Shown in pieces: positions 1 to 11,500 of a DNA stretch of 64,000 bases. A model generated the notes under the pieces. The model worked only from the letters and a program-made list of their open reading frames with translations. It was not told the origin of the DNA and did no database searches. Position 1 is the first letter of the stretch. Each line of letters starts with the position of its first letter. The stretch comes from Pelagomonas calceolata (lineage: Eukaryota): assembly GCA_918797485.1 (NCBI GenBank), contig CAKKNE010000005.1:4836001-4900000 (forward strand). The letters are read 5' to 3'. A program made the position numbers and the translations under genes.

Positions 1-802
1 CGACGTAGCCCCTCGCAATGGTCGCTGGCGCTCGGAACGCGCGCCGCATGGACTCCGTCGTCGACGCGTGCGGGAAGACGTCGCCGCCGTACGTCTTGGC
101 GACGAGGCGCTCGCCGGCGGCGTCGCATTGGTCGGGGTCGCGCGGCGCGCAGCCGTTGACGTGGGGGCAGTAGGCGTCGAAGAGGTCCGGGCGCTCGACG
201 CTCAGCGCGCAGGCCTCGAGGCGCGCGCGGTTGCCCGCGTCCTTGTCGCAGGGCCGCGAGCTGATGTTGCCCCGCCAGAGGGCCTTGCTCGACCGCGCCG
301 CGAAGGGCACGACGTCCTCTGCCACGTCCCACGCGTCGAGGTCTGGCCCGAAGTAGGGGTTGGGCACGAGCGCGCCGCACTGCCGGTGGCCCCCGACCTT
401 GGCGATGACCGCCGTCGGCACCGGGCGGCACGACGACCGCTTGACGCCGCGCGTGCCCGCAGAGAAGCGGTAGGCGACGTTGCCGAGGCGGACGCGCCTC
501 GCGGCCGACGCGACGAACGCCGCGTGCGCCGCGTGCTTGCTCTTCGTCAGGAAAGCGCGGTCGACGAAGACGCGGTTCCGTAATATAAGCAGGAAGTCGT
601 CCCTCGATTGCAAGACCGCCCGGAGCACGTCCGCCGCGGCGCCCGGCGCGGGCGCGTCCCGCCGGAGCGTCGCGGCGACCTCGCGCGCCGCGAGCGCCGT
701 GGCGTTGGCCGTGGCGCGCTGGCCCGCCATGGCCGTGGCCGGGACCGGCGGGCAGTCCGTTGCGTAGCTCTGTGCGCCGAGGACGAGGCAGTACCACCAC
801 AT
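1..802 (-). CDS. Glycosyltransferase family 90 (CAP10)-like protein, 3' part runs off the window
   Basis: ATG at 802, signal-like MWWYCLVLGAQS; read by hand: ALVPNPYF..DAW..VPFAARSSKALWRGN..RARLEACALSVERPDLFDA, typical of GT90. Not in the ORF track. Confidence 0.65.
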   Translation of the reverse strand, partial: MWWYCLVLGAQSYATDCPPVPATAMAGQRATANATALAAREVAATLRRDAPAPGAAADVLRAVLQSRDDFLLILRNRVFVDRAFLTKSKHAAHAAFVASAARRVRLGNVAYRFSAGTRGVKRSSCRPVPTAVIAKVGGHRQCGALVPNPYFGPDLDAWDVAEDVVPFAARSSKALWRGNISSRPCDKDAGNRARLEACALSVERPDLFDAYCPHVNGCAPRDPDQCDAAGERLVAKTYGGDVFPHASTTESMRRAFRAPATIARGYV

Positions 803-1006
803 TGTTGTGGTGCGGCCCGCAGCCCTCATCCTTCAACGGTGTGGGCCTCCGCGACAGCGTGGCCGCGGCGGCAGCTTCGCTAGTGAGGGGCAGCCCTCAT
901 TTTTGCTGCCCTCTCCAGCTTTTTGCTCTGCTTTTTGTTTGAATGGCCGGCCCTAAAGCGCGGCTCCCAGACCAGGATTGCCCGCCCCAGGACGCACGGA
1001 TCAGTC

Positions 1007-1606
1007 ATGGCGGCCCTGGAAGCGCAGCAGCAGCAGCTCACCAGCGATGCCCCAGTGGAAGCTGCCGCGCCTCCTGAACTACCCTGGTGGATGCAAACTC
1101 CGTCCGTGCAGAGGCTGCTCGCAGAGTACGATTCCAAGACGGACGCGGAGCGGGCGGAGATCAAGCGGCGGGCCGAGGAAGCCGAGGAGGAGGCGTTCCA
1201 GCGAATCGCCGCCCGGACGACGCCAAACAAACCGACGGAAGAAGGCGCGCAGCTCCGGACCCTCGCCGCGGCGCGCTATGTGAGCCGCCTGGAGAGCGTC
1301 CACGACCACGTGCCGAAGCGCGAAGAATTGGAATTGTTCGCCGACTTGATCGGCAAGCTCGGCCTGCGCATCGACTACGACCGGTACGAGGTCGTGCGGC
1401 GCAAGGTGTTGGAGGCGGGCGGGACGCCCGGCTTCTGGGAGCAAGCGCAAAACGCGACGCGGTTCTTCAGCGTCCGGCCGCGGGCCGCGGACGGCACGGT
1501 CGCGGTCGCGGCGCTGCGGCAAGCGACGTTCGACGAGGCGGAGAGTCTATGCGTGCTCGCGTCGCGGGCGCGGAAACTTCCGGAAGGGGGTGTAAGTTCT
1601 TCTTGA
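1007..1606 (+). CDS. Hypothetical protein (very weak resemblance to the N-terminus of PP2A B''-gamma)
   Basis: ORF with coding-like composition from ATG 1007. A GTAAGT at 1592 could mean a spliced 3' end. Confidence 0.5.
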   Translation: MAALEAQQQQLTSDAPVEAAAPPELPWWMQTPSVQRLLAEYDSKTDAERAEIKRRAEEAEEEAFQRIAARTTPNKPTEEGAQLRTLAAARYVSRLESVHDHVPKREELELFADLIGKLGLRIDYDRYEVVRRKVLEAGGTPGFWEQAQNATRFFSVRPRAADGTVAVAALRQATFDEAESLCVLASRARKLPEGGVSSS

Positions 1607-1666
1607 TTCATCTTGCGCTCTCAATTCACGGTGCTAGGACACGGTGCTAGGACTGCATTCTTGTGG

Positions 1667-1687
1667 CCTAGCCTTTGACACACTAGC
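1667..1687. promoter_or_regulatory. Degenerate bipartite CTAG motif upstream of pirin
   Basis: cctagcctttgacacactagc. Confidence 0.4.
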
Positions 1688-1831
1688 TTTCTCAGGCCGG
1701 CCTGAACACCGAGCAGCCTGAACACAAAGAGCGGCCTTGTCTGGAGCAAGAGAGCATTTGCAGAGTACATAGCACTGTCCACCCTGGCCTCTGCTAGCTT
1801 GTACCGCAAGCTCGTTCCGTCAGTTGCTCGC

Positions 1832-2884
1832 ATGCGCACGGCAGCCTTGAGCACAATGAGCACCATCCTGAGTGTCGACCCGCTATCGTTCCCGTTCGCA
1901 ACTGACAGTCCGTTCCTGTTTGGTGTCCACCACGACGACCGCTACCCGAAGGGTAATGCTAAAATGGGTCCGGACGCCAGCCTGCGCGGCCATAGCATCG
2001 GAGCCGACTTTGGCAATCCCGCGGGCTGGAGCATGTACCACGGCGAGGGAGGCGTCCCCGGCTTCCCGCAGCACCCGCACCGCGGCTTCGAGACGATCAC
2101 TGTGACCGTCAGAGGCTTCATCGACCACGCGGACAGTCTGGGGGCTGCGGGAAGATTTGGAGACGGCGACGTGCAGTGGATGACCGCCGGCGCTGGCATC
2201 AGCCATGCCGAGATGTTTCCTTGCTTGGCCCAAACGGAGGAAAATCGGCTCGAGCTCTTCCAGATCTGGCTGAATCTACCACGGGCCAAGAAGATGTCGC
2301 CGCCGCACTTCAAGATGTTCTGGGGCGAAGATATCCCTAGCATCGAGGCCGACGGCGTGACGGCGAAGCTCATCGCGGGCTCCGCTCCCGGGTTCGAGAA
2401 GCAAGCGCTCGCGCCGCCGCCGGACTCCTATGCGTCCGACCCGAATTCCTCGCTGCTCGTCATGACGATCAAGCTCGAGCCGCGGAAGTGTTATACCATT
2501 GCCGGCGCCTCGGGCTCTGGGAAGATCCACCGGAACTTGTACTTCTACGCGGATGGCAGCGCGACCGTCGACGGCACAAAGGTCGTCGGGCGGAAGCGGG
2601 TCAAAGTCGACGCGAGCGCGGATTTGAGACTAGAGGCCGGGGACGCGCCGGTCGGCGTCTTGGTTTTGCAGGGCCGCGACCTCGAGGAGCCCGTCATGCA
2701 GCACGGTCCCTTCGTCGGATGCACTTCGGCCGACATTCGCAAGGCGTTCACGGACTATCAACAAACTGGATTTGGTGGGTGGCCCTGGCCCGACGTGGGA
2801 GTCGTCCACGCGCGGGAAGAACAGCGCTTCGCCCTCTTTCCCGACGGCACGAAGGAGACGCGGCCGCGGCGCGAGACGAAATGA
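1832..2884 (+). CDS. Pirin family bicupin
   Basis: GFPQHPHRGFETIT, DHADSLG, VQWMTAGAGISHAEM, QIWLNLP, HGPFV motifs. Confidence 0.95.
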   Translation: MRTAALSTMSTILSVDPLSFPFATDSPFLFGVHHDDRYPKGNAKMGPDASLRGHSIGADFGNPAGWSMYHGEGGVPGFPQHPHRGFETITVTVRGFIDHADSLGAAGRFGDGDVQWMTAGAGISHAEMFPCLAQTEENRLELFQIWLNLPRAKKMSPPHFKMFWGEDIPSIEADGVTAKLIAGSAPGFEKQALAPPPDSYASDPNSSLLVMTIKLEPRKCYTIAGASGSGKIHRNLYFYADGSATVDGTKVVGRKRVKVDASADLRLEAGDAPVGVLVLQGRDLEEPVMQHGPFVGCTSADIRKAFTDYQQTGFGGWPWPDVGVVHAREEQRFALFPDGTKETRPRRETK

Positions 2885-2929
2885 CGACGGGGTTTTGTAA
2901 GATTGTAACACAGCACAAAGAATTACAAA

Positions 2930-4089
2930 CTAGAGCTCGTCGGCCAAGCGCGCCTGGTCGACGAGGCCCTTGGGGACACCCATCACCGAGATGAGCGACG
3001 CCATCCGCTCGTCGCTGAGCAGCGCCTGGAACTTCGGGTCCCGCAGGATCTCCGCGTACTTCACGTCGAGGCCGTCGCGCCGCGCTAATGCCTTCGCCGC
3101 GAATGGTTTTTGAAAGGCGAGGACTGCGTCCTTGTCCTCGAGGTCGCCCCGGAAATGCGTCTGCGCCCCGCCCGGGTGCTCGTCGTCAACCTCGGTCATG
3201 TCCGAGATCAAGTAGGAAGGAAATTCGGTCACCTTGAGGAACGCGAGCGTGTCCCTGAGCGCCGCGCCGTACTCGTCGTCGGCGTCGGCGGGCGCCTGTG
3301 TGGAAATCAAATTTCAGGCGCCCCACGCGACGTTGTCCTTGTGACTGCGTCTGCTCAATGGTGTGGAGATTCTACGCCATCGACGCGACGTTGTCCCCGT
3401 AACTGCGGCAGCACGATGGCGTATAACCTAACTCACTGGTTGATTTCCACACAGTCGGGTGCCTTGAACATGACGATGTGCATGACCTTGCCCCGATGCC
3501 GCTGCGCCGCGTGGTAGAAGGCGTCGCGGACCGGCGGCGCCGGCGGGTCCGCCGGGTCGACGGCCAGGATGGCGTGCATTTTCAGCGGGCCGCCGAAGAT
3601 CATGTCCACATAATCAGGGAGATAGGGCACAACTAACGGCAGCATGGTATCCTCGACCCACCGACTCAGCTTCTTTCGCCCTTTTTTTGATGTTGTAAAC
3701 GTAGTGACGTCGACCAACTCGTCGTAGGGCTTGAGGAGCAGCACGGCATTGCCGTGCGCCTTCGCCTCGGCGGCGGCGTACAACCGTAATCGCTCCGCCT
3801 GGTCGACGGCCCGGCCCACGAGGTCCGGCCCGTCTACCAAGTAGAACTCGGCCGGATATTTGAAGGATGCCGCCACGGCTCGAAATGCGGCCGCCGCCTT
3901 GCCCTCATCGGGCACCAGGGCGAGGACGCGGACGCCCACGCGTCCGCCGAACAACTCGTCGACTGCTTTCACACTCCTGAGCGTTCTGCAGCGGTCCGCC
4001 TGCTCGCCGTCGACAGCCGCGGCGTGCTGCAGCTGGCATAGCAGGGCAATCAGTGTGAGCGCGAGGGATCGCATGGATGGTGCGCGCAT
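2930..4089 (-). CDS. ER-resident PDI-like protein with non-catalytic thioredoxin folds; exons 4089-3463, 3295-2930
   Basis: Signal peptide, b/b'-type segment (WVEDTMLPLVVPY..IFGGP), C-terminal ADEL. Removing the GC-AG intron 3462-3296 gives VMFK|APADADD in frame. Confidence 0.75.
3296..3454. mobile_element. Introner element (short subfamily); intron 3462-3296 on minus strand, GC donor
   Basis: TIRs ctgtgtggaaatcaa / ttgatttccacacag; TSD gcgggcgc vs tcgggtgc (6/8). Confidence 0.9.
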
Positions 4090-4177
4090 TGCTGGCAAAA
4101 GGTACAGAGCGATCTGTGCGGAGCCTGGTTGACCTATGCTGTGATATAGCCCGCTCGCGCGGTTCACGGCAGAATTA

Positions 4178-4202
4178 GCTAGCGGCATGTAAGACCACTA
4201 GC
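4178..4202. promoter_or_regulatory. Bipartite CTAG motif in a divergent promoter
   Basis: gctagcggcatgtaagaccactagc. Confidence 0.55.
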
Positions 4203-4480
4203 CAGCCGCGGGCGAAGCAGACTTGCAGCGCCCGAGCGGTCGAACCAGTCAAAAGTACACACGCTCGGCTTGCGTATTAGTACAAATAGCCGTGAGCTGC
4301 CTGCCCACTCAAGCTGACCGACACAAATCCATCGCTTGCCGCCGAAATAGCCCCCTCAGCGCTGCCACTGCAATCGCACGCCGTCGACGCGAACGATAGA
4401 ACAAACACGACGCAGCGCTCGAGCAAAGCACTGCCGCTGCAACCGCACGCCGTCGACGCAACACAGCGCTCAAACAAACA

Positions 4481-4780
4481 ATGGCCAAGCAGGGTCGCAT
4501 CGGCCTCGGCGGCCGCAAGGTCTTGCCCAGCAAAAATCAGGCCAAGCGCCTCCGCAAGGTCTCTGCGTCGACGAACGTCGAGAAGGCCATGGTCGTGTCC
4601 ACGAAGCGCCGCGGCCACCAGCCGAAGCGGGCGCTCCGGCCAAAGCGCGGTATTGATAGGGAGAAGCTGCGGCGGCTCGCGCGCGAGCCGTCGCCCGACG
4701 AGCCGCGGCCCGACGGCAAGTTCGTCTTCGCGCACCCGAAGCGCGCGGCCCGGCTCGAGGCCGCCAAGATGAAAGACTAA
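4481..4780 (+). CDS. Small basic hypothetical protein
   Basis: 99-aa K/R-rich ORF with good start context (aaacaATG). Confidence 0.55.
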   Translation: MAKQGRIGLGGRKVLPSKNQAKRLRKVSASTNVEKAMVVSTKRRGHQPKRALRPKRGIDREKLRRLAREPSPDEPRPDGKFVFAHPKRAARLEAAKMKD

Positions 4781-4795
4781 GACACTGTAGTAGTA

Positions 4796-5512
4796 CTACC
4801 TACCTTTCCTGCTTCCCCCAAAGCTCCCGAAGCCCATCATCGCGTTCATCGCCGCGGCCTCGTCGTCGACGTCCTCCTCGGCCTCGGCGGCCGCGGCCGC
4901 GGCCTCCTCGCGCTTCCGCTTCTTCGCGTCCTTTTTGGCTTCGCGCTTCGCGGCCTCGTCGGCCTCGCGCGCCTCGAGGATGCGCTCGTACTCCTGGTTC
5001 GTGTCGAGGCCGCGCCGCCGCTTCGCCTCCTCCTCGGCGCGCCGCCGCTCCTCCGTGACCGTGGCGAGGCGGTCGCGCACCTGCTCGACGCCGACGCGCT
5101 GCGTGCGCATCGAGTAGCCCAGCTTGCGCTGGTGCTTCTTGCCGTTCACGTGGTCCAAATACGACGCCGAGTCCCGCAGCAAGCACTCGCAGACGTCGCA
5201 GTACCAGCCCGTCGCCTTCTTCTGGATCTCGGCGTTCATGAGCACTTGCGTGTGGCCCGCCTGCTGCTCAAACCCATACGTCTTCTCGCGCGGCTGGAGC
5301 CACGCGCGCTTCGAGCCGGCCGGGCCCGCGGCGCCGGGCTCCGCTGCCCTAAATTCCTGGCGGTCGCGGATGCCCTCTTCCTCATTTGTTGTGGGCTTGT
5401 CGACGTGCTCGTCGCCGTATTCCTCTCTATCTTTCGCCTTTTGCTCGTATTTGTCCTTGTCCCACGTGCGCCGGACGACGTTCGCGGAGCCCTTGGGGTT
5501 GCGCTCGGCCAT
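4796..5512 (-). CDS. ZMAT2: Matrin-type zinc finger spliceosomal protein (Snu23/ZMAT2)
   Basis: RRTWDKDKY; GWYCDVCECLLRDSASYLDHVNGKKHQRKLG; C-terminal MMGFGSFG. Confidence 0.93.
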   Translation of the reverse strand: MAERNPKGSANVVRRTWDKDKYEQKAKDREEYGDEHVDKPTTNEEEGIRDRQEFRAAEPGAAGPAGSKRAWLQPREKTYGFEQQAGHTQVLMNAEIQKKATGWYCDVCECLLRDSASYLDHVNGKKHQRKLGYSMRTQRVGVEQVRDRLATVTEERRRAEEEAKRRRGLDTNQEYERILEAREADEAAKREAKKDAKKRKREEAAAAAAEAEEDVDDEAAAMNAMMGFGSFGGSRKGR

Positions 5513-5706
5513 CGTTTGCTGGTGGCGCGTCGACGGCGTACGAGCGCTGCTGCGGCGCTGCGCTTGCGCTAGCTGGCTGTGGTGCCGCGGCGACGACGGG
5601 CGGCGTTTCCGACACAGAGCGTCCAAGGCGCGCTGGCAAGCTGTGTTTGGTGACCTCTGTGCGTACGAAACACACTAATGCGCGTCGTCTCCTCTGCCAG
5701 CATAAA

Positions 5707-5728
5707 GCTAGCGGACCAACATACTAGC
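5707..5728. promoter_or_regulatory. Degenerate bipartite CTAG motif in a divergent promoter
   Basis: gctagcggaccaacatactagc. Confidence 0.4.
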
Positions 5729-5896
5729 ACCGCTCTCCCTGTTTCTTTGAGAGGGCTACTGGATCAAGACAGCGGCGTCGTCCGACGATCTACGACGAGG
5801 TTCTGTGGCCTCCGACGTGCCCACTCCCGATAACGTCGAAAGCGCGGCGCTTTGGGGCTGCCCCCGGCCTCAAAAGTCGACTGACAGCTCCCCACC

Positions 5897-6973
5897 ATGG
5901 CCGAGACCACGACGACGCCCCCCCCAAAAAAGAGCAAGGTCGAGCCCCCGCCGCTGTCGGAGTACGAGCTCCAGCGCAACGAGAGGATCGCGGCCAACCA
6001 GGCGTTCCTGGAAACGCTAGGCCTCGGTGGGACTGGCCAGAAGCTACCCAAAAAACCAGCGCGGGCGAAGCCCAAGAAGCGCAAGGTCGAGGAGCACGAG
6101 AAGCGCAAAAGTGTCAGGCTGGCGGGCGGGCCGGCGCCCATCGAGCGGCTCCAGGACGACCCTCGCTCGTACGACGATTTCTTCGAGAGCCGGAAGCGGC
6201 AGAAGCGCGCGCCGCGCCAGGAGCCGTGGGAGCCTACAGACGAGCAGCGCGACAAACTCGGCGAGTTTTGCATGGAAGAGTGCTACGACTTCCTCGGGAC
6301 GACGACGCCTTATCACAAGGAGATCTCGCCGGACAACCGGAAGACCGTGATCCGGCAAATTACTAAGCTTGTAACCGGCGTAGGCGTCGACTACCACCGC
6401 TGGCCCGCGGGCGTCGTGTTTCGCAAGGGAGAACCTGTGACTCTCCAGGACGATCTTGTGCAGATAAAAGAGGACGCGAAAGATTTCGAGGCCCAGCACG
6501 GCCGCGACCTCGGCAACGGCTGGCTCCTGAACCATCCGTTGCAGAAGATGATTCTGTTCCGAGACCACCTCGCCGCCACCAAGCTCCCCGGGAAGGCGCG
6601 GAAGAAGACCAAGGCCGCGACGGCCCCGTCGAGTGACGACGACGAGGAGGAGGCCGCCGCCGCGCCGCCCGAGGCAAAGCCGGCGAAAGGCACGCTGACC
6701 CCCGAGACCGTACGGGCCATACGCGAGGTGAAGAAGCGCTTCGACGAAGGGGAAATCGACGAAGCCACGTACAAGGAGACGAAGGCCGGGCTGCTCAATA
6801 AGTCGGCGCCGTCGCTGGTCGGCCGCGCGGTCCGCAAGAGATTCCCTGGCTCGGGCTGGTTCGACGGCATCATCGAAAGCGTCGCGGAGGACGGGCGCTG
6901 CGAGATCGCGTGGTCGGACGGCGCCGTAACGTCTATGAAGGTCTCGGCTGTCGCGAAGATTCTGAAGGACTAA
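5897..6973 (+). CDS. Putative nuclear protein with SHOCT-like helix and C-terminal Tudor-like domain
   Basis: LSEYELQRNERIAANQAFLETLGL; FDEGEIDEATYKETK; LVGRAVRKRFPGSGWFDGII..IAWSDG. Confidence 0.7.
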   Translation: MAETTTTPPPKKSKVEPPPLSEYELQRNERIAANQAFLETLGLGGTGQKLPKKPARAKPKKRKVEEHEKRKSVRLAGGPAPIERLQDDPRSYDDFFESRKRQKRAPRQEPWEPTDEQRDKLGEFCMEECYDFLGTTTPYHKEISPDNRKTVIRQITKLVTGVGVDYHRWPAGVVFRKGEPVTLQDDLVQIKEDAKDFEAQHGRDLGNGWLLNHPLQKMILFRDHLAATKLPGKARKKTKAATAPSSDDDEEEAAAAPPEAKPAKGTLTPETVRAIREVKKRFDEGEIDEATYKETKAGLLNKSAPSLVGRAVRKRFPGSGWFDGIIESVAEDGRCEIAWSDGAVTSMKVSAVAKILKD

Positions 6974-6985
6974 CAATTATCACAC

Positions 6986-7690
6986 TTATTTCTTCTTCTT
7001 AGGTAGGCTCAGCTGCTTCGTCGCCGGGTGTCGGACGCCGGCGACGCCGTGCGCGTCGTAGAAGCGCAGATCCTCGATGACGAGGCGCCGCACCGGCAGC
7101 GGCCTGATGCCCCTATCCTTGCAAATCGCCTTGAGCTCCGCCGTCTCCATGGACTCGTAGTCGACCACGTCAAGCACCGGCGCGGCACGCGTCTCTGCCG
7201 CGGCCGCGGCCCACGCGGCCTCGTCGACTACGCCATTGGGCGCAATTGCTCGGAGCTTCGACTGCACCTCGTTTCTGCGCAGCAGTTTCGGCGCCGACGT
7301 GAGAGTCCGCCAGGCGACGTCGATCTCCTCCGCGGGTAGCTCGTCAAGCGCCGCCTCGAAGCCGTCTCGCGTCACGTTCGTCGCCTCGCCGAAGACGACG
7401 TCGACCCATTTCGCGGTCTGCAGCCGCGGCGGCACCGAGGTCTCAGCCTGCGTCGGCAGCCAGCGGCCGCCGGTCCTCTCCTCGTACGCATATTCGCCGT
7501 CGTCGTGGTAGCTGCAAGAGGCGCATTCGTTGCGGCAACACGTGCCGTCCGCGGGATCTATGAGCACGCACTCCTCTGCTAGGACGTCAAAAAACGTGGC
7601 CCCTGGTCGCGTTGACGTCGTGCGCGCGTACGGAGCGACAAATGCTGTGGCACCACAGCCCAGCAGTGTGAGCCGCCAAAATTGCATCAT
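6986..7690 (-). CDS. Plastid-targeted hypothetical protein with a Cys cluster and a SAP-like helix
   Basis: Bipartite signal ...GATAF; CCRNECASC; DYESMETAELKAICKDRGI. Confidence 0.7.
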   Translation of the reverse strand: MMQFWRLTLLGCGATAFVAPYARTTSTRPGATFFDVLAEECVLIDPADGTCCRNECASCSYHDDGEYAYEERTGGRWLPTQAETSVPPRLQTAKWVDVVFGEATNVTRDGFEAALDELPAEEIDVAWRTLTSAPKLLRRNEVQSKLRAIAPNGVVDEAAWAAAAAETRAAPVLDVVDYESMETAELKAICKDRGIRPLPVRRLVIEDLRFYDAHGVAGVRHPATKQLSLPKKKK

Positions 7691-7809
7691 TGGTTGTCGG
7701 TACGCTCTCGATCAATGATAAGGATGCGTGTGTACTGCTCGCAGCCTGTGGCCAGCCAAAGATGCCTGTCTGCCGAGCAAAAGCTTGTCTGAGGTTGGGT
7801 TTAGTTTTG

Positions 7810-7833
7810 ACTAGTGACTTACATGTCGCTAGC
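7810..7833. promoter_or_regulatory. Bipartite CTAG motif in a divergent promoter
   Basis: actagtgacttacatgtcgctagc (reverse orientation). Confidence 0.55.
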
Positions 7834-7883
7834 TAATCTTGGTCGAGAGACACAGCGCAAACAGAGCGCAAACCGCAACAAAA

Positions 7884-8471
7884 ATGATTAATATACACGC
7901 TAGAGCATCAATGTTTGTCGTACTGTTGCTTCAACTAACGAAAACGGCAGCCTTCAGCCAGAGGCCATACAGCAACATCAAACAGAGCGCACTGCAAGCC
8001 GCCTCAGCCATCGCAGACGTCAGCGACGGCTGGCTGAGCCCACAACAGATCAAAACCCTGAGAAAAGAAATCGACGATAGACGCCGACGGAAGCGCCTCG
8101 CCTACAAGCGCCTCCACGACGGCGAGCTCGCGGGCGACTTCGACCAAGCGACGGTCGATGCCGCCGACGCGGCGCTGGCGAGCAGCGAGTTCTTCGAGGC
8201 CGGCGGCCCGGAAAAGCTCAACGTCAAGGCCTGGCCGGCGGTCGCGTTCGCCCTCGCGGAGTCGTGCGACGCCATGGTCGTCCAGCTCAAGAAGAAGAAG
8301 TGCGTGCTCTACCGGCCCCTGCCCCCGGGCACGCCCGGCGCCGTCGTGCTGCGGACGACGGGGAAGCAGATCCCGTGGAAGGCGCGGTCGCCGGCCGTCC
8401 GCGACGGCAAGGGGCGCATCCTGGGGCGGGAGGAGGACTTCGAGGACGAGGAGGACGCGGAGGACGCGTAG
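7884..8471 (+). CDS. Plastid-targeted CRM/YhbY-like RNA-binding protein
   Basis: Signal ...TAAF; LSPQQIKTLRKE ... ALAESCDAMVVQ...VLYRP resembles the CRM domain. Confidence 0.6.
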   Translation: MINIHARASMFVVLLLQLTKTAAFSQRPYSNIKQSALQAASAIADVSDGWLSPQQIKTLRKEIDDRRRRKRLAYKRLHDGELAGDFDQATVDAADAALASSEFFEAGGPEKLNVKAWPAVAFALAESCDAMVVQLKKKKCVLYRPLPPGTPGAVVLRTTGKQIPWKARSPAVRDGKGRILGREEDFEDEEDAEDA

Positions 8472-8582
8472 GCGGCGGGAGGCCATTTTCCCGGCGCGGC
8501 GGAGGGAGATTATTTTCCTGGCGCGGCGGAGACATCTAGAGTAATTGTTGTGTGCTTAGAGACCATGTGCCCCCAAACACCC

Positions 8583-11500
8583 CTACTCGAAGAACAGCGC
8601 GAACTGTGCCACGTCCGCGCTCTGCGACGCGTAGGCGAACTCGGAGAACGCCGGTCGCGCCCCCGCCTCCGCGCGCCGCCGGCCCTCCGCGACGAAGTCC
8701 TGCGTGGTCACGTCCTCGACCGCGGCCGCGTGGTCGGCGCCCGCCGCCTGGGCCGCCATCGCGTCGGCGTCGCGCAGCGCGAGCCGCGTCGTGTGCGCCT
8801 GCACCAGCGAGATCTGCCACCACTCCACGTCCAGGACCTTGCGCACGTCGCTCCGCGACCGCCCCGCCGCGAGCGCCGCCTTTATGGCCGCGAAGACGTG
8901 GGGCCCGCCGACGTCCTCCTCGAAGCGCGCCCAGTCGTAGGCCAGGCCCCGGTCGACGGCCTCGCTCAGGTAGTTGTACACCGTCCCGATCTTGATGGAC
9001 TTGTCCGCCGCGATGGCTTCAGCCGTCTTACCAAACAGGAAGTAGTCGTCGTAGGCGGCCTGCTTCGCCGGCTGGACGTGGCCGACCTGGGGCCGCGCCG
9101 CGACGGGGTCGCGCCACGCGACGGCGGACCTCCGCGGCTTGCACTCCAGTTCCGGCTGGGACTCCGGGGGCGTCTCGCCCGCCGGCATCACGGGCGGCAC
9201 GCTGTCGGCCGCGCGGTTCGTCACGTCGCCCAGCGCCGTGGGCGACGCCCGCGCCGCGAGCATCGAGAAGACGCGGAAGGAGGCGTAGGCGTCGAGCGCA
9301 GCGTAGTCGCGCTGCTCGGCCGTCAGCGGGTAGGCCTCCCAGTCGCCCGTGCGCGTCCGGGCCGGCTTCGGCAGCAAGCACTTCAGCGCCGTCGCCACGA
9401 GGTCCGCGAGGCCCCGGTTGCCCGGCAGGTGCACGGCGTCCGCGAGGTCCCGCAGGTCGACGACGGGCGCGACCTTCTTCTCCAGCGCGTAGTCCGTCGA
9501 TAGCTTCCGCGCGTCGTTCCGCGCGCCGACGCCGACCTTCAAAATCGTCGGCGACGCTAGCAAAAAGGCGAGGCGCGGCGGCACCTTGCCGAGCTTCGAC
9601 ACGTGGAAGACGCAGGCGTAGTCGTGCGCCGCGAGCTGGACCGTGGCGACCTTGCGCGGCGGGCAGCCCGCCTCGTAGGTCACCTTCCACTCGACGTCGA
9701 AGCCCAGGACGGCGTCGACGCGGGGCCAGCGGCCCTTCTGCGTCCGGCAGCACCGCTGGAGCTTGGCGCAGGCGTCGGCCGCGTCGCTCAACGTCGCGGC
9801 GTACTCCACGACGCCCGTGAACTTGAGCGCGCGCGTCGGCGGCGACGCCGCCGCCGCCCAGGGCGCCCGGGACCGCTTGTCGCCCCTTTTCTCCGGCGAC
9901 CGGTGCGTCGACGGCCGCTTCTGGAGGAGCGTCTTCGGGTCGAGCGGCGGCGACGGGCCCGTCAGCGGCGACGCGGGGACGCCGGCCTTCTCCTCTTTTG
10001 GCACTTGCTTGCCCCAGGCCGACGGTTCGGTCAGCGACGACACGGCGTCCATGGACGGCGGCCGCGGCGGCGCTTTCGGCGCGTCGTCGTCGTCGCTCGA
10101 GTCGCTCGCGTTCGCGTCGAACCAGGCCCGGACGGCCGCGCGCGGGTCGCCGCCCGGGCGGCAGTGCTCGCGGAAGCCGGCCTGCGTGAGCTTGCCCGGC
10201 GGCTTTTGCGCCTCGTCGATCTTCTTGTACTCCGCGCCGAGGTTGCGGCCGTCGGCGGTCTCGTAGAACGAAGCGGCCGGCGGCTGCGCGACGGGCGGTC
10301 GCTTGCGTGCCTCGTCGATCTTCTTGTACTCCGCGCCAAGGTTGCGGCCGTCCGCGGTCTCGTAGAAAGAAGCGGCGGGCGGTCGCGGCGCGACGGCCGA
10401 GAGCCGGAGCGCCGAGGTGTCGGCGGCCCCGGCCTTGACGCCGGCGGCCGGCGTCGGCGCGCGGCGCGGCGCCGCTTCCGTGGGCGGCGGCGACGCCTCG
10501 GGCGCGGCGCCGCCGCGGCGGAACCCGGGCGGCGCCGGCGTCGGCGGCCGGCCTCCGCGCGCTGCGGGCGCCACGGGCGGCGGCCCCCGCGGGGCGACGG
10601 GCCGCAGGCCGCCGGGCAGCAGCACGGCGGCGCCACGGCGGGCGGGCGCCGCGCCCGGCGCTGGGGCCGGCGCGGACGCCGGTGGCCGCGCGCGCGCCGC
10701 GGCGAGCGCCTTTCGCTCCGCCTCGCTGTGGAAGAGAGCCCGCGCGTCGGGCCGTTCGGGCACGCCGTCGTGACCGCCGGCCGGCGGCGGCGGCGACGAG
10801 AAGTCCATCAGGTCCTGGCTGCACTGCGGCTCAGGAGTCGGCGGGCACAGCACCGACGGCTGCGGCGGTGCTACTGCTGGCGCCGGCGTCGGCGCCGGCG
10901 CGGCGCGCGGCGCGACTTGCGGGGGCCCGCGGCGCCGCGGCGCAACCTTCGCGACTTCCGCCAGGATGTACTCTATCACTCCTTTCTGCCGCGGGTCTGT
11001 CGCCGACTTTGCCGCCGCGGTCATGCCCTGCACGTCGGCGCTCGCCGCGTGCTCGAGCGCGAAGCGCAGCTGATCATCAAATCCCGGGCAGACGGCGTAG
11101 AAGTCGCCCGCCCGCGCGGCCCGCCGATGCGCGGCCCACGCGTCGCCCTCGTCCTCGGCGTCCCACTCCGTCTCGAGCGTCGTCTGCTGCTGCGGCATCG
11201 CGACTTGCGGGATTGCGACCTTGGGTGGCCCGCGTCTCTGCTGCAGCGGCGCGACGGGGGGCGGGCCGCGCCTCGGTGGCGCTGCGGCCTTCGGCGGCTT
11301 CGGCGCCGTCGGTTTGGGCGCTTTGGGCGCGGGCGCCGCGGGCGGCGGCAGGCGCTGGAGCGAGTCGGCCTTCGGCGGCGCCGCGGCGCGCGGTTGCGGC
11401 AGTGGCGCTTTGCGCGCGGGCGGCGCGGCGGTGCGCGGTTGCGGCGGCACTGCTCGTGGCACCGGCGGTGCCGCCTTGCGCGCGGGCGCCGGCGCGGCCA